Shown here piece by piece: positions 28,512 to 42,807 of a stretch of DNA of 64,000 nt. The notes under the pieces were generated by a model, which searched no databases, was not told where the DNA came from, and saw only the letters and a program-made list of their open reading frames with translations. How positions within the stretch are numbered: the stretch's first letter is position 1; each line of letters begins with the position of its first letter. The translations under genes were made by a program, and so were the position numbers. Source of the DNA: the human T2T-CHM13v2.0 reference genome, Homo sapiens; the NCBI RefSeq assembly GCF_009914755.1, contig NC_060948.1. One strand, given 5' to 3'.

Positions 28512-31500
28512 GGTGTCGAAAGGAATTGACTCCAATGGAATGGAATCGAATGGAATGGAAGTGAATAGAATCGAACTAAATCGAATGGAATGGAATTGAT
28601 AGGAACGGAATGGAAAGGAATGCAATGATTTGGCATGGAATGGAATCGAATGGCATCGAATGGAATGGAATGGAATGCAATGGAATGGAATGTATTAGAA
28701 TGTAATGAACTTTAATGGAATGTACTCGAATGGATTCGACTGGAATGGAATGTTCTGGAAGTGAATGGACTCCAATGGAATGGATTCCAAAGGAATGGAA
28801 TCGTACGGAATGGAATCTAATGGAATGGAATTAAATGGAAATGAATCAAATTGAATAGCACGGAATTGAATTGAATGAAATGGAATGCAATGGAATCTAA
28901 TGAAACGGAAAGGAAAGGAATGGAATGGAATGGAATGGGCTGGAATGGAAAGGAATCGAAACGAATGGAATGGAATCGAACTGAAGAGACTGGAATGGAA
29001 TGCACTGGAATGGAAGGGAGTGTAATGGAAGGTTCTCGAAAAAAATGGAATCGAATGGAATGGAATTGAATGGAACGGAATAGAGTCGAATGAAATTGAA
29101 TGGAATGGAATGGACTAGAGTGAAATGGAATCGAACCACAAGGAATGGACAGGAATAGAATGGTCTCGAATTGAATGGAATCGTATGGAATGGCATCAAA
29201 CGGAATGGAATGGACAGCCACGGAATGGAATGCACTCGAATGCAATGGAGTCGAAACTAATGGACTGGAATAGAATGGACTCGACTGGTACGGACTCCAA
29301 TGGAATGGAATCGAATGGAAGGGAATCGAACGGAATGGACTCGAAGGGAAAAGACTGCAATGGAAAGGTCTGGAATGGAATGGAAATTAATGGAATGGAA
29401 TGGAATCGAATGAAATGGAGTCAAAAGGAATGGAATCGAATGGCAAGAAATCGAATGTAATGGAATCGCAAGGAATTGATGTGAACGGAACGGAATGGAA
29501 TGGAATCCAAAGGAATGGAATAGAATGGAATGGAATCGAATGGAAAGGACTCGAATGGAAATCACTCGAATAGAATGCAATTTAATAAAATAGGATCAAA
29601 TGGAATGGAATGGAATGGAAAGGAATCGAAACGAAAGGAATGGAGACAGATGGAATGGAATGGAACAGAGAGCAATGCTATAGAATGGAATGGAATCATC
29701 TGGAATGGAATTGAATGGAATGGAATAATATGAAATGGAATGGAATGGAATGGAATGGAATGCCCTTGAATTAAATGGACTGGAATGGAATGGACTCCAA
29801 CAGAGTGGAATGGAAAGTGTTGAGATAGAATGGAATGGACTCCTTTGGAATGGTGTAGTATGCAATGCAATCGACTGGCAGGGAATCAAAAGGAATGTAA
29901 TCGAATGGATTGGACTGGAATGCAATGGACTCGAATAGATTGGAAACGGAATGCAAAGGAATGGAATGGAATAGTATGGAATGGAATGGAAAGGAATGGA
30001 GTGGAATAGACTAGAGTGGAATGGAATGGACTGGAAAGCAATGGACTGGAATGGAACTTTCTTGAATGGACTGGAATCAAACGGAATGGAATGCAATGCA
30101 ATCAAATGGCATGGAATAAAATAGAATGAAAGAGAATCAAATGGAATTGAATCGAATGGAATCGAATGGATTGGAAAGGAATAGAATGGAATGGAATGGA
30201 ATTGACTCAAATGGAATGGACTAGAATGGAATGGATTCGAATGGAAGGCAAAGGAATGGAATCTATTGGAATGGACTGTAATGGAATGGAATGGAAGGGA
30301 TTGGAATGGACTCGAATGGAATGGACTGCAATAGAAAGGATTCGAATGGAATGAAAAAGAATTGAATGGAATAGAACAGAATGGAATCAAATCGAATGAA
30401 ATGGAATGGAATAGAAAGGAATGGAATGAAATGGAATGGAAAGGATTCGAATGGAATGCAATCGAATGGAATGGAATCGAACGGAATGGAATAAAATGGA
30501 AGAAAACTGGCAAGAAATGGAATCGAAATGAATGGAGTATTATGGAACGGACTCAAAAGGAATTGAATGTAATAGAATGGAGTGGAGTGGACTCGAATAT
30601 AATGGACTGGAATGGAATGAAATCACATGGAATGGGAACGAATGGAATGGAATGGAAAGGAATGGAATCGAATGGAAAGGAATCGAATGGAAGGGAATGA
30701 AATTGAATCAACAGGAATGGAAGGGAATAGAATAGACGGTAATGGAATGGACTCGAATAGAATGGACACGAATGCTCAAATTGAATGGACTCGAATGGAA
30801 TGGAAACGAAAGGAATGTCATCGAATGGAATTGAATCGATTGGAATGAAATCGCATAGAATGGAGTGGAATCAAATGGAATTGAATCGAAAGGAAAGGAA
30901 GCGAATGGACTGAAATGAAATGGAATGGAATTGAATGGAAAGTAATGCAATGGAATAGAATGGAACGAAATTTCACGGAATGGAATCAAACTGAATGGAA
31001 TCAAATCAATGGAATCTAATCAAATGGAATGGAAAGGAATTGAATGGAGTAGATTGGATTGGATGGGATTGGAATGAAATCTACTGGAAAGGACTCGAAT
31101 TTCATGAAACGGAATGGAATGAATTGGAACGGAATGGACTCGAATGGAATGGAATGTCATGGAATGGCATCAAATGGAATGGCATCAAATGGAATGGAAT
31201 CGAATGCAATGGAATGTTATGGAATGGAATGGAATGCATTGGAATGGAATGTCCTCTAATGGAATGGATTCGAGTGGAATGGAATCGAATATAATGGAGT
31301 CGAATGAAATGGAATTGAAAGGAATGGGATCGAATAGAATGGAATATACTGGAATGTAATGTAATGAACTCGAATGTAATTGACTGGAATGGAATGTACA
31401 TGAATGGAAGGTAATCGAATGGAAAGTAATCCAATGGAATAGAATCTAATGCAATAAAACCGACTCAGATAGAGTAGAATGTAATGGAATGGAGTGCAGT

Positions 31501-32085
31501 GCAATGGAATGGAATGGAATTGAATGCAAAGGAATGGAATGGAATGGAATGGAATGGAATGGAATGGAATGGAATGGAATGGGATGGAATGGTATGGAAT
31601 GGATAGAAATGGACTGGAGTGAAATGGACTGGAAAGGAATGGACTCAAATTGAAAGGGCTCGAAAGGAATGGAGTCAAATGGAATGGTCTGGAATGGAAT
31701 GAACACGAATGTAATGCAATCCAATAGAATGGAATCGAATGGCATGGAATATAAAGAAATGGATACGAAGAGAATGGAAACAAATGGAATGGAATTGAAT
31801 GGAATGGAATTGAATGGAATGGGAACGAATGGAGTGAAATTGTATGCAGTAGAAGGGAATAGAATGGAATGCAAGCGAAAGGAAAGGAATGGATTGGAAT
31901 GGAATGGAATTCATTGGAATGGAAGGGAATGTAGTGTAATGGACAGGCCTGGAATAAAGTGGAATGCTACGGTCTCGAATGGAATAAAAATGTATGGAAT
32001 GGAATGCAATGAAACGGAATCGAATGTCATAGAATGTAATGGAATGCAACAAAATGGAATCCAAAATCATTGACTGGAAAGGCTG
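28512..32085 (+). repeat. DYZ1 unit 9 (3574 bp)
   Basis: Landmark recurrence; ORF-track anchors 28817 to 32391. Confidence 0.93.
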
Positions 32086-35000
32086 GGTGTCGAAAGGAAT
32101 TGACTCCAATGGAATGGAATCGAATGGAATGGAAGTGAATAGAATCGAACTAAATCGAATGGAATGGAATTGATAGGAACGGAATGGAAAGGAATGCAAT
32201 GATTTGGCATGGAATGGAATCGAATGGCATCGAATGGAATGGAATGGAATGCAATGGAATGGAATGTATTAGAATGTAATGAACTTTAATGGAATGTACT
32301 CGAATGGATTCGACTGGAATGGAATGTTCTGGAAGTGAATGGACTCCAATGGAATGGATTCAAAAGGAATGGAATCGTACGGAATGGAATCTAATGGAAT
32401 GGAATTAAATGGAAATGAATCAAATTGAATAGCACGGAATTGAATTGAATGGAATGGAATGCAATGGAATCTAATGAAACGGAAAGGAAAGGAATGGAAT
32501 GGAATGGAATGGGCTGGAATGGAAAGGAATCGAAACGAATGGAATGGAATCGAACTGAAGAGACTGGAATGGAATGCACTGGAATGGAAGGGAGTGTAAT
32601 GGAAGGTTCTCGAAAAAAATGGAATCGAATGGAATGGAATTGAATGGAACGGAATAGAGTCGAATGGAATTGAATGGAATGGAATGGACTAGAGTGAAAT
32701 GGAATCGAACCACAAGGAATGGAGAGGAATAGAATGGTCTCGAATTGAATGGAATCATATGGAATGGCATCAAACGGAATGGAATGGACAGCCACGGAAT
32801 GGAATGCACTCGAATGCAATGGAGTCGAAACTAATGGACTGGAATAGAATGGACTCGACTGGTACGGACTCCAATGGAATGGAATCGAATGGAAGGGAAT
32901 CGAACGGAATGGACTCGAAGGGAAAAGACTGCAATGGAAAGGTCTCGAATGGAATGGAAATTAATGGAATGGAATGGAATCGAATGAAATGGAGTCAAAA
33001 GGAATGGAATCGAATGGCAAGAAATCGAATGTAATGGAATCGCAAGGAATTGATGTGAACGGAACGGAATGGAATGGAATCCAAAGGAATGGAATAGAAT
33101 GGAATGGAATCGAATGGAAAGGACTCGAATGGAAATCACTCGAATAGAATGCAATTTAATAAAATAGGATCAAATATAATGGAATGGAATGGAAAGGAAT
33201 CGAAACGAAAGGAATGGAGACAGATGGAATGGAATAGAACAGAGAGCAATGGTATAGAATGGAATGGAATCATCTGGAATGGAATTGAATGGAATGGAAT
33301 AATATGAAATGGAATGGAATGGAATGGAATGGAATGCCCTTGAATTAAATGGACTGGAATGGAATGGACTCGAACAGAGTGGAATGGAAAGTGTTGAGAT
33401 AGAATGGAATGGACTCCTTTGGAATGGTGTAGTATGCAATGCAATCGACTGGCAGGGAATCAAAAGGAATGTAATCGAATGGATTGGACTGGAATGCAAT
33501 GGACTCGAATAGATTGCAAACAGAATGCAAAGGAATGGAATGGAATAGTATGGAATGGAATGGAAAGGAATGGAGTGGAATAGACTAGAGTGGAATGGAA
33601 TGGACTGGAAAGCAATGGACTGGAATGGAACTTTCTTGAATGGACTGGAATCAAACGGAATGGAATGCAATGCAATCAAATGGCATGGAATAAGATAGAA
33701 TGAAAGAGAATCAAATGGAATTGAATCGAATGGAATCGAATGGATTGGAAAGGAATAGAATGGAATGGAATGGAATTGACTCAAATGGAATGGACTAGAA
33801 TGGAATGGATTCGAATGGAAGGCAAAGGAATGGAATCTATTGGAATGGACTGTAATGGAATGGAATGGAAGGGATTGGAATGGACTCGAATGGAATGGAC
33901 TGCAATAGAAAGGATTTGAATGGAATGAAAAAGAATTGAATGGAATAGAACAGAATGGAATCAAATCGAATGAAATGGAATGGAATAGAAAGGAATGGAA
34001 TGAAATGGAATGGAAAGGATTCGAATGGAATGCAATCGAATGGAATGGAATCGAACGGAATGGAATAAAATGGAAGAAAACTGGCAAGAAATGGAATCGA
34101 AATGAATGGAGTGTTATGGAACGGACTCAAAAGGAATTGAATGTAATAGAATGGAGTGGAGTGGACTCGAATATAATGGACTGGAATGGAATGAAATCAC
34201 ATGGAATGGGAACGAATGGAATGGAATGGAAAGGAATGGAATCGAATGGAAAGGAATCGAATGGAAGGGAATGAAATTGAATCAACAGGAATGGAAGGGA
34301 ATAGAATAGACGGTAATGGAATGGACTCGAATAGAATGGACACGAATGCTCAAATTGAATGGACTCGAATGGAATGGAAACGAAAGGAATGTCATCGAAT
34401 GGAATTGAATCGATTGGAATGAAATCGCATAGAATGGAGTGGAATCAAATGGAATTGAATCGAAAGGAAAGGAAGCGAATGGACTGAAATGAAATGGAAT
34501 GGAATTGAATGGAAAGTAATGCCATGGAATAGAATGGAACGAAATTTCACGGAATGGAATCAAACTGAATGGAATCAAATCAATGGAATCTAATCAAATG
34601 GAATGGAAAGGAATTGAATGGAGTAGATTGGATTGGATGGGATTGGAATGAAATGTACTGGAAAGGACTCGAATTTCATGAAACGGAATGGAATGAATTG
34701 GAACGGAATGGACTCGAATGGAATGGAATGTCATGGAATGGCATCAAATGGAATGGCATCAAATGGAATGGAATCGAATGCAATGGAATGCTATGGAATG
34801 GAATGGAATGCATTGGAATGGAATGTCCTCTAATGGAATGGATTCGAGTGGAATGGAATCGAATATAATGGAGTCGAATGAAATGGAATTGAAAGGAATG
34901 GGATCGAATAGAATGGAATATACTGGAATGTAATGTAATGAACTCGAATGTAATTGACTGGAATGGAATGTACATGAATGGAATGTAATCGAATGGAAAG

Positions 35001-35664
35001 TAATCCAATGGAATAGAATCTAATGCAATAAAATCGACTCAGATAGAGTAGAATGTAATGGAATGGAGTGCAGTGCAATGGAATGGAATGGAATGGAATG
35101 CAATGGAATGGAATGGAATGGAATGGAATGGAATGGAATGGAATGGAATGGGATGGAATGGTATGGAATGGTATGGAATGGATAGTAATGGACTGGAGTG
35201 AAATGGACTGGAAAGGAATGGACTCAAATTGAAAGGGCTCGAAAGGAATGGAGTCAAATGGAATGGTCTGGAATGGAATGAACACGAATGTAATGCAATC
35301 CAATACAATGGAATCGAATGGCATGGAATATAAAGAAATGGATTCGAAGAGAATGGAAACAAATGGAATGGAATTGAATGGAATGGAATTGAATGGAATG
35401 GGAACGAATGGAGTGAAATTGTATGCAGTAGAAGGGAATAGAATGGAATGCAAGCGAAAGGAAAGGAATGGATTGGAATGGAATGGAATTCATTGGAATG
35501 GAAGGGAATGTAGTGTAATGGACAGGCCTGGAATAAAGTGGAATGCTACGGTCTCGAATGGAATAAAAATGTATGGAATGGAATACAAAGAAACGGAATC
35601 GAATGTCATAGAATGTAATGGAATGCAACAAAATGGAATCCAAAATCATTGACTGGAAAGGCTG
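32086..35664 (+). repeat. DYZ1 unit 10 (3579 bp)
   Basis: Landmark recurrence; 10-bp GGTATGGAAT duplication near 35160-35179. Confidence 0.93.
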
Positions 35665-38600
35665 GGTGTCGAAAGGAATTGACTCCAATGGAATGGAATC
35701 GAATGGAATGGAAGTGAATAGAATCGAACTAAATCGAATGGAATGGAATTGATAGGAACGGAATGGAAAGGAATGCAATGATTTGGCATGGAATGGAATC
35801 GAATGGCATCGAATGGAATGGAATGGAATGCAATGGAATGGAATGTATTAGAATGTAATGAACTTTAATGGAATGTACTCGAATGGATTCGACTGGAATG
35901 GAATGTTCTGGAAGTGAATGGGCTCCTATGGAATGGATTCAAAAGGAATGGAATCGTACGGAATGGAATCTAATGGAATGGAATTAAATGGAAATGAATC
36001 AAATTGAATAGCACGGAATTGAATTGAATGGAATGGAATGCAATGGAATCTAATGAAACGGAAAGGAAAGGAATGGAATGGAATGGAATGGGCTGGAATG
36101 GAAAGGAATCGAAACGAATGGAATGGAATCGAACTGAAGAGACTGGAATGGAATGCACTGGAATGGAAGGGAGTGTAATGGAAGGTTCTCGAAAAAAATG
36201 GAATCGAATGGAATGGAATTGAATGGAACGGAATAGAGTCGAATGGAATTGAATGGAATGGAATGGACTAGAGTGAAATGGAATCAAACCACAAGGAATG
36301 GAGAGGAATAGAATGGTCTCGAATTGAATGGAATCGTATGGAATGGCATCAAACGGAATGGAATGGACAGCCACGGAATGGAATGCACTCGAATGCAATG
36401 GAGTCGAAACTAATGGACTGGAATAGAATGGACTCGACTGGTACGGACTCCAATGGAATGGAATCGAATGGAAGGGAATCGAACGGAATGGACTCGAAGG
36501 GAAAAGACTGCAATGGAAAGGTCTGGAATGGAATGGAAATTAATGGAATGGAATGGAATCGAATGAAATGGAGTCAAAAGGAATGGAATCGAATGGCAAG
36601 AAATCGAATGTAATGGAATCGCAAGGAATTGATGTGAACGGAACGGAATGGAATGGAATCCAAAGGAATGGAATAGAATGGAATGGAATCGAATGGAAAG
36701 GACTCGAATGGAAATCACTCGAATAGAATGCAATTTAATAAAATAGGATCAAATGGAATGGAATGGAATGGAAAGGAATCGAAACGAAAGGAATGGAGAC
36801 AGATGGAATGGAATGGAACAGAGAGCAATGCTATAGAATGGAATGGAATCATCTGGAATGGAATTGAATGGAATGGAATAATATGAAATGGAATGGAATG
36901 GAATGGAATGGAATGCCCTTGAATTAAATGGACTGGAATGGAATGGACTCCAACAGAGTGGAATGGAAAGTGTTGAGATAGAATGGAATGGACTCCTTTG
37001 GAATGGTGTAGTATGCAATGCAATCGACTGGCAGGGAATCAAAAGGAATGTAATCGAATGGATTGGACTGGAATGCAATGGACTCGAATAGATTGCAAAC
37101 AGAATGCAAAGGAATGGAATGGAATAGTATGGAATGGAATGGAAAGGAATGGAGTGGAATAGACTAGAGTGGAATGGAATGGACTGGAAAGCAATGGACT
37201 GGAATGGAACTTTCTTGAATGGACTGGAATCAAACGGAATGGAATGCAATGCAATCAAATGGCATGGAATAAAATAGAATGAAAGAGAATCAAATGGAAT
37301 TGAATCGAATGGAATCGAATGGATTGGAAAGGAATAGAATGGAATGGAATGGAATTGACTCAAATGGAATGGACTAGAATGGAATGGATTCGAATGGAAG
37401 GCAAAGGAATGGAATCTATTGGAATGGACTGTAATGGAATGGAATGGAAGGGATTGGAATGGACTCGAATGGAATGGACTGCAATAGAAAGGATTCGAAT
37501 GGAATGAAAAAGAATTGAATGGAATAGAACAGAATGGAATCTAATCGAATGAAATGGAATGGAATAGAAAGGAATGGAATGAAATGGAATGGAAAGGATT
37601 CGAATGGAATGCAATCGAATGGAATGGAATCGAACGGAATGGAATAAAATGGAAGAAAACTGGCAAGAAATGGAATCGAAATGAATGGAGTGTTATGGAA
37701 CGGACTCAAAAGGAATTGAATGTAATAGAATGGAGTGGAGTGGACTCGAATATAATGGACTGGAATGGAATGAAATCACATGGAATGGGAACGAATGGAA
37801 TGGAATGGAAAGGAATGGAATCGAATGGAAAGGAATCGAATGGAAGGGAATGAAATTGAATCAACAGGAATGGAAGGGAATAGAATAGACGGTAATGGAA
37901 TGGACTCGAATAGAATGGACACGAATGCTCAAATTGAATGGACTCGAATGGAATGGAAACGAAAGGAATGTCATCGAATGGAATTGAATCGATTGGAATG
38001 AAATCGCATAGAATGGAGTGGAATCAAATGGAATTGAATCGAAAGGAAAGGAAGCGAATGGACTGAAATGAAATGGAATGGAATTGAATGGAAAGTAATG
38101 CAATGGAATAGAATGGAACGAAATTTCACGGAATGGAATCAAACTGAATGGAATCAAATCAATGGAATCAAATCAAATGGAATGGAAAGGAATTGAATGG
38201 AGTAGATTGGATTGGATGGGATTGGAATGAAATGTACTGGAAAGGACTCGAATTTCATGAAACGGAATGGAATGAATTGGAACGGAATGGACTCGAATGG
38301 AATGGAATGTCATGGAATGGCATCAAATGGAATGGCATCAAATGGAATGGAATCGAATGCAATGGAATGCTATGGAATGGAATGGAATGCATTGGAATGG
38401 AATGTCCTCTAATGGAATGGATTCGAGTGGAATGGAATCGAATATAATGGAGTCGAATGAAATGGAATTGAAAGGAATGGGATCGAATACAATGGAATAT
38501 ACTGGAATGTAATGTAATGAACTCGAATGTAATTGACTGGAATGGAATGTACATGAATGGAATGTAATCGAATGGAAAGTAATCCAATGGAATAGAATCT

Positions 38601-39238
38601 AATGCAATAAAATCGACTCAGATAGAGTAGAATGTAATGGAATGGAGTGCAGTGAAATGGAATGGAATGGAATGGAATGCAATGGAATGGAATGGAATGG
38701 AATGGAATGGAATGGAATGGAATGGAATGGAATGGGATGGAATGGTATGGAATGGATAGTAATGGACTGGAGTGAAATGGACTGGAAAGGAATGGACTCA
38801 AATTGAAAGGGCTCGAAAGGAATGGAGTCAAATGGAATGGTCTGGAATGGAATGAACACGAATGTAATGCAATCCAATAGAATGGAATCGAATGGCATGG
38901 AATATAAAGAAATGGATTCGAAGAGAATGGAAACAAATGGAATGGAATTGAATGGAATGGAATTGAATGGAATGGGAACGAATGGAGTGAAATTGTATGC
39001 AGTAGAAGGGAATAGAATGGAATGCAAGCGAAAGGAAAGGAATGGATTGGAATGGAATGGAATTCATTGGAATGGAAGGGAATGTAGTGTAATGGACAGG
39101 CCTGGAATAAAGTGGAATGCTACGGTCTCGAATGGAATAAAAATGTATGGAATGGAATACAAAGAAACGGAATCGAATGTCATAGAATGTAATGGAATGC
39201 AACAAAATGGAATCCAAAATCATTGACTGGAAAGGCTG
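35665..39238 (+). repeat. DYZ1 unit 11 (3574 bp)
   Basis: Landmark recurrence; ORF-track anchors 35970 to 39544. Confidence 0.93.
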
Positions 39239-42200
39239 GGTGTCGAAAGGAATTGACTCCAATGGAATGGAATCGAATGGAATGGAAGTGAATAGAATCG
39301 AACTAAATCGAATGGAATGGAATTGATAGGAACGGAATGGAAAGGAATGCAATGATTTGGCATGGAATGGAATCGAATGGCATCGAATGGAATGGAATGG
39401 AATGCAATGGAATGGAATGTATTAGAATGTAATGAACTTTAATGGAATGTACTCGAATGGATTCGACTGGAATGGAATGTTCTGGAAGTGAATGGACTCC
39501 AATGGAATGGATTCAAAAGGAATGGAATCGTACGGAATGGAATCTAATGGAATGGAATTAAATGGAAATGAATCAAATTGAATAGCACGGAATTGAATTG
39601 AATGGAATGGAATGCAATGGAATCTAATGAAACGGAAAGGAAAGGAATGGAATGGAATGGAATGGGCTGGAATGGAAAGGAATCGAAACGAATGGAATGG
39701 AATCGAACTGAAGAGACTGGAATGGAATGCACTGGAATGGAAGGGAGTGTAATGGAAGGTTCTCGAAAAAAATGGAATCGAATGGAATGGAATTGAATGG
39801 AACGGAATAGAGTCGAATGGAATTGAATGGAATGGAATGGACTAGAGTGAAATGGAATCAAACCACAAGGAATGGAGAGGAATAGAATGGTCTCGAATTG
39901 AATGGAATCGTATGGAATGGCATCAAACGGAATGGAATGGACAGCCACGGAATGGAATGCACTCGAATGCAATGGAGTCGAAACTAATGGACTGGAATAG
40001 AATGGACTCGACTGGTACGGACTCCAATGGAATGGAATCGAATGGAAGGGAATCGAACGGAATGGACTCGAAGGGAAAAGACTGCAATGGAAAGGTCTCG
40101 AATGGAATGGAAATTAATGGAATGGAATGGAATCGAATGAAATGGAGTCAAAAGGAATGGAATCGAATGGCAACAAATCGAATGTAATGGAATCGCAAGG
40201 AATTGATGTGAACGGAACGGAATGGAATGGAATCCAAAGGAATGGAATAGAATGGAATGGAATCGAATGGAAAGGACTCGAATGGAAATCACTCGAATAG
40301 AATGCAATTTAATAAAATAGGATCAAATGTAATGGAATGGAATGGAAAGGAATCGAAACGAAAGGAATGGAGACAGATGGAATGGAATAGAACAGAGAGC
40401 AATGGTATGGAATGGAATGGAATCATCTGGAATGGAATTGAATGGAATGGAATAATATGAAATGGAATGGAATGGAATGGAATGGAATGGAATGCCCTTG
40501 AATTAAATGGACTGGAATGGAATGGACTCGAACAGAGTGGAATGGAAAGTGTTGAGATAGAATGGAATGGACTCCTTTGGAATGGTGTAGTATGCAATGC
40601 AATCGACTGGCAGGGAATCAAAAGGAATGTAATGGAATTGACTGGACTGGAATGCAATGGACTCGAATAGATTGGAAACGGAATGCAAAGAAATGGAATG
40701 GAATAGTATGGAATGGAATGGAAAGGAATGGAGTGGAATAGACTACAGTGGAATGGAATGGACTGGAAAGCAATGGACTGGAATGGAACTTTCTTGAATG
40801 GACTGGAATCAAACGGAATGGAATGCAATGCAATCAAATGGCATGGAATAAAATAGAATGAAAGAGAATCAAATGGAATTGAATCGAATGGAATCGAATG
40901 GATTGGAAAGGAATAGAATGGAATGGAATGGAATTGACTCAAATGGAATGGACTAGAATGGAATGGATTCGAATGGAAGGCAAAGGAATGGAATCTATTG
41001 GAATGGACTGTAATGGAATGGAATGGAAGGGATTGGAATGGACTCGAATGGAATGGACTGCAATAGAAAGGATTCGAATGGAATGAAAAAGAATTGAATG
41101 GAATAGAACAGAATGGAATCAAATCGAATGAAATGGAATGGAATAGAAAGGAATGGAATGAAATGGAATGGAAAGGATTCGAATGGAATGCAATCGAATG
41201 GAATGGAATCGAACGGAATGGAATAAAATGGAAGAAAACTGGCAAGAAATGGAATCGAAATGAATGGAGTGTTATGGAACGGACTCAAAAGGAATTGAAT
41301 GTAATAGAATGGAGTGGAGTGGACTCGAATATAATGGACTGGAATGGAATGAAATCACATGGAATGGGAACGAATGGAATGGAATGGAAAGGAATGGAAT
41401 CGAATGGAAAGGAATCGAATGGAAGGGAATGAAATTGAATCAACAGGAATGGAAGGGAATAGAATAGACGGTAATGGAATGGACTCGAATAGAATGGACA
41501 CGAATGCTCAAATTGAATGGACTCGAATGGAATGGAAACGAAAGGAATGTCATCGAATGGAATTGAATCGATTGGAATGAAATCGCATAGAATGGAGTGG
41601 AATCAAATGGAATTGAATCGAAAGGAAAGGAAGCGAATGGACTGAAATGAAATGGAATGGAATTGAATGGAAAGTAATGCAATGGAATAGAATGGAACGA
41701 AATTTCACGGAATGGAATCAAACTGAATGGAATCAAATCAATGGAATCAAATCAAATGGAATGGAAAGGAATTGAATGGAGTAGATTGGATTGGATGGGA
41801 TTGGAATGAAATGTACTGGAAAGGACTCGAATTTCATGAAACGGAATGGAATGAATTGGAACGGAATGGACTCGAATGGAATGGAATGTCATGGAATGGC
41901 ATCAAATGGAATGGCATCAAATGGAATGGAATCGAATGCAATGGAATGCTATGGAATGGAATGGAATGCATTGGAATGGAATGTCCTCTAATGGAATGGA
42001 TTCGAGTGGAATGGAATCGAATATAATGGAGTCGAATGAAATGGAATTGAAAGGAATGGGATCGAATACAATGGAATATACTGGAATGTAATGTAATGAA
42101 CTCGAATGTAATTGACTGGAATGGAATGTACATGAATGGAATGTAATCGAATGGAAAGTAATCCAATGGAATAGAATCTAATGCAATAAAATCGACTCAG

Positions 42201-42807
42201 ATAGAGTAGAATGTAATGGAATGGAGTGCAGTGCAATGGAATGGAATGGAATGGAATGCAATTGAATGGAATGGAATGGAATGGAATGGAATGGAATGGA
42301 ATGGGATGGAATGGTATGGAATGGATAGTAATGGACTGGAGTGAAATGGACTGGAAAGGAATGGACTCAAATTGAAAGGGCTCGAAAGGAATGGAGTCAA
42401 ATGGAATGGTCTGGAATGGAATGAACACGAATGTAATGCAATCCAATAGAATGGAATCGAATGGCATGGAATATAAAGAAATGGAATCGGAGAGAATGGA
42501 AACAAATGGAATGGAATTGAATGGAATGGAATTGAATGGAATGGGAACGAATGGAGTGAAATTGTATGCAGTAGAAGGGAATAGAATGGAATGCAAGCGA
42601 AAGGAAAGGAATGGATTGGAATGGAATGGAATTCATTGGAATGGAAGGGAATGTAGTGTAATGGACAGGCCTGGAATAAAGTGGAATGCTACGGTCTCGA
42701 ATGGAATAAAAATGTATGGAATGGAATGCAATGAAATGGAATCGAATGTCATAGAATGAAATGGAATGCAACAAAATGGAATCCAAAATCATTGACTGGA
42801 AAGGCTG
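39239..42807 (+). repeat. DYZ1 unit 12 (3569 bp)
   Basis: Landmark recurrence; ORF-track anchors 39544 to 43113. Confidence 0.93.
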
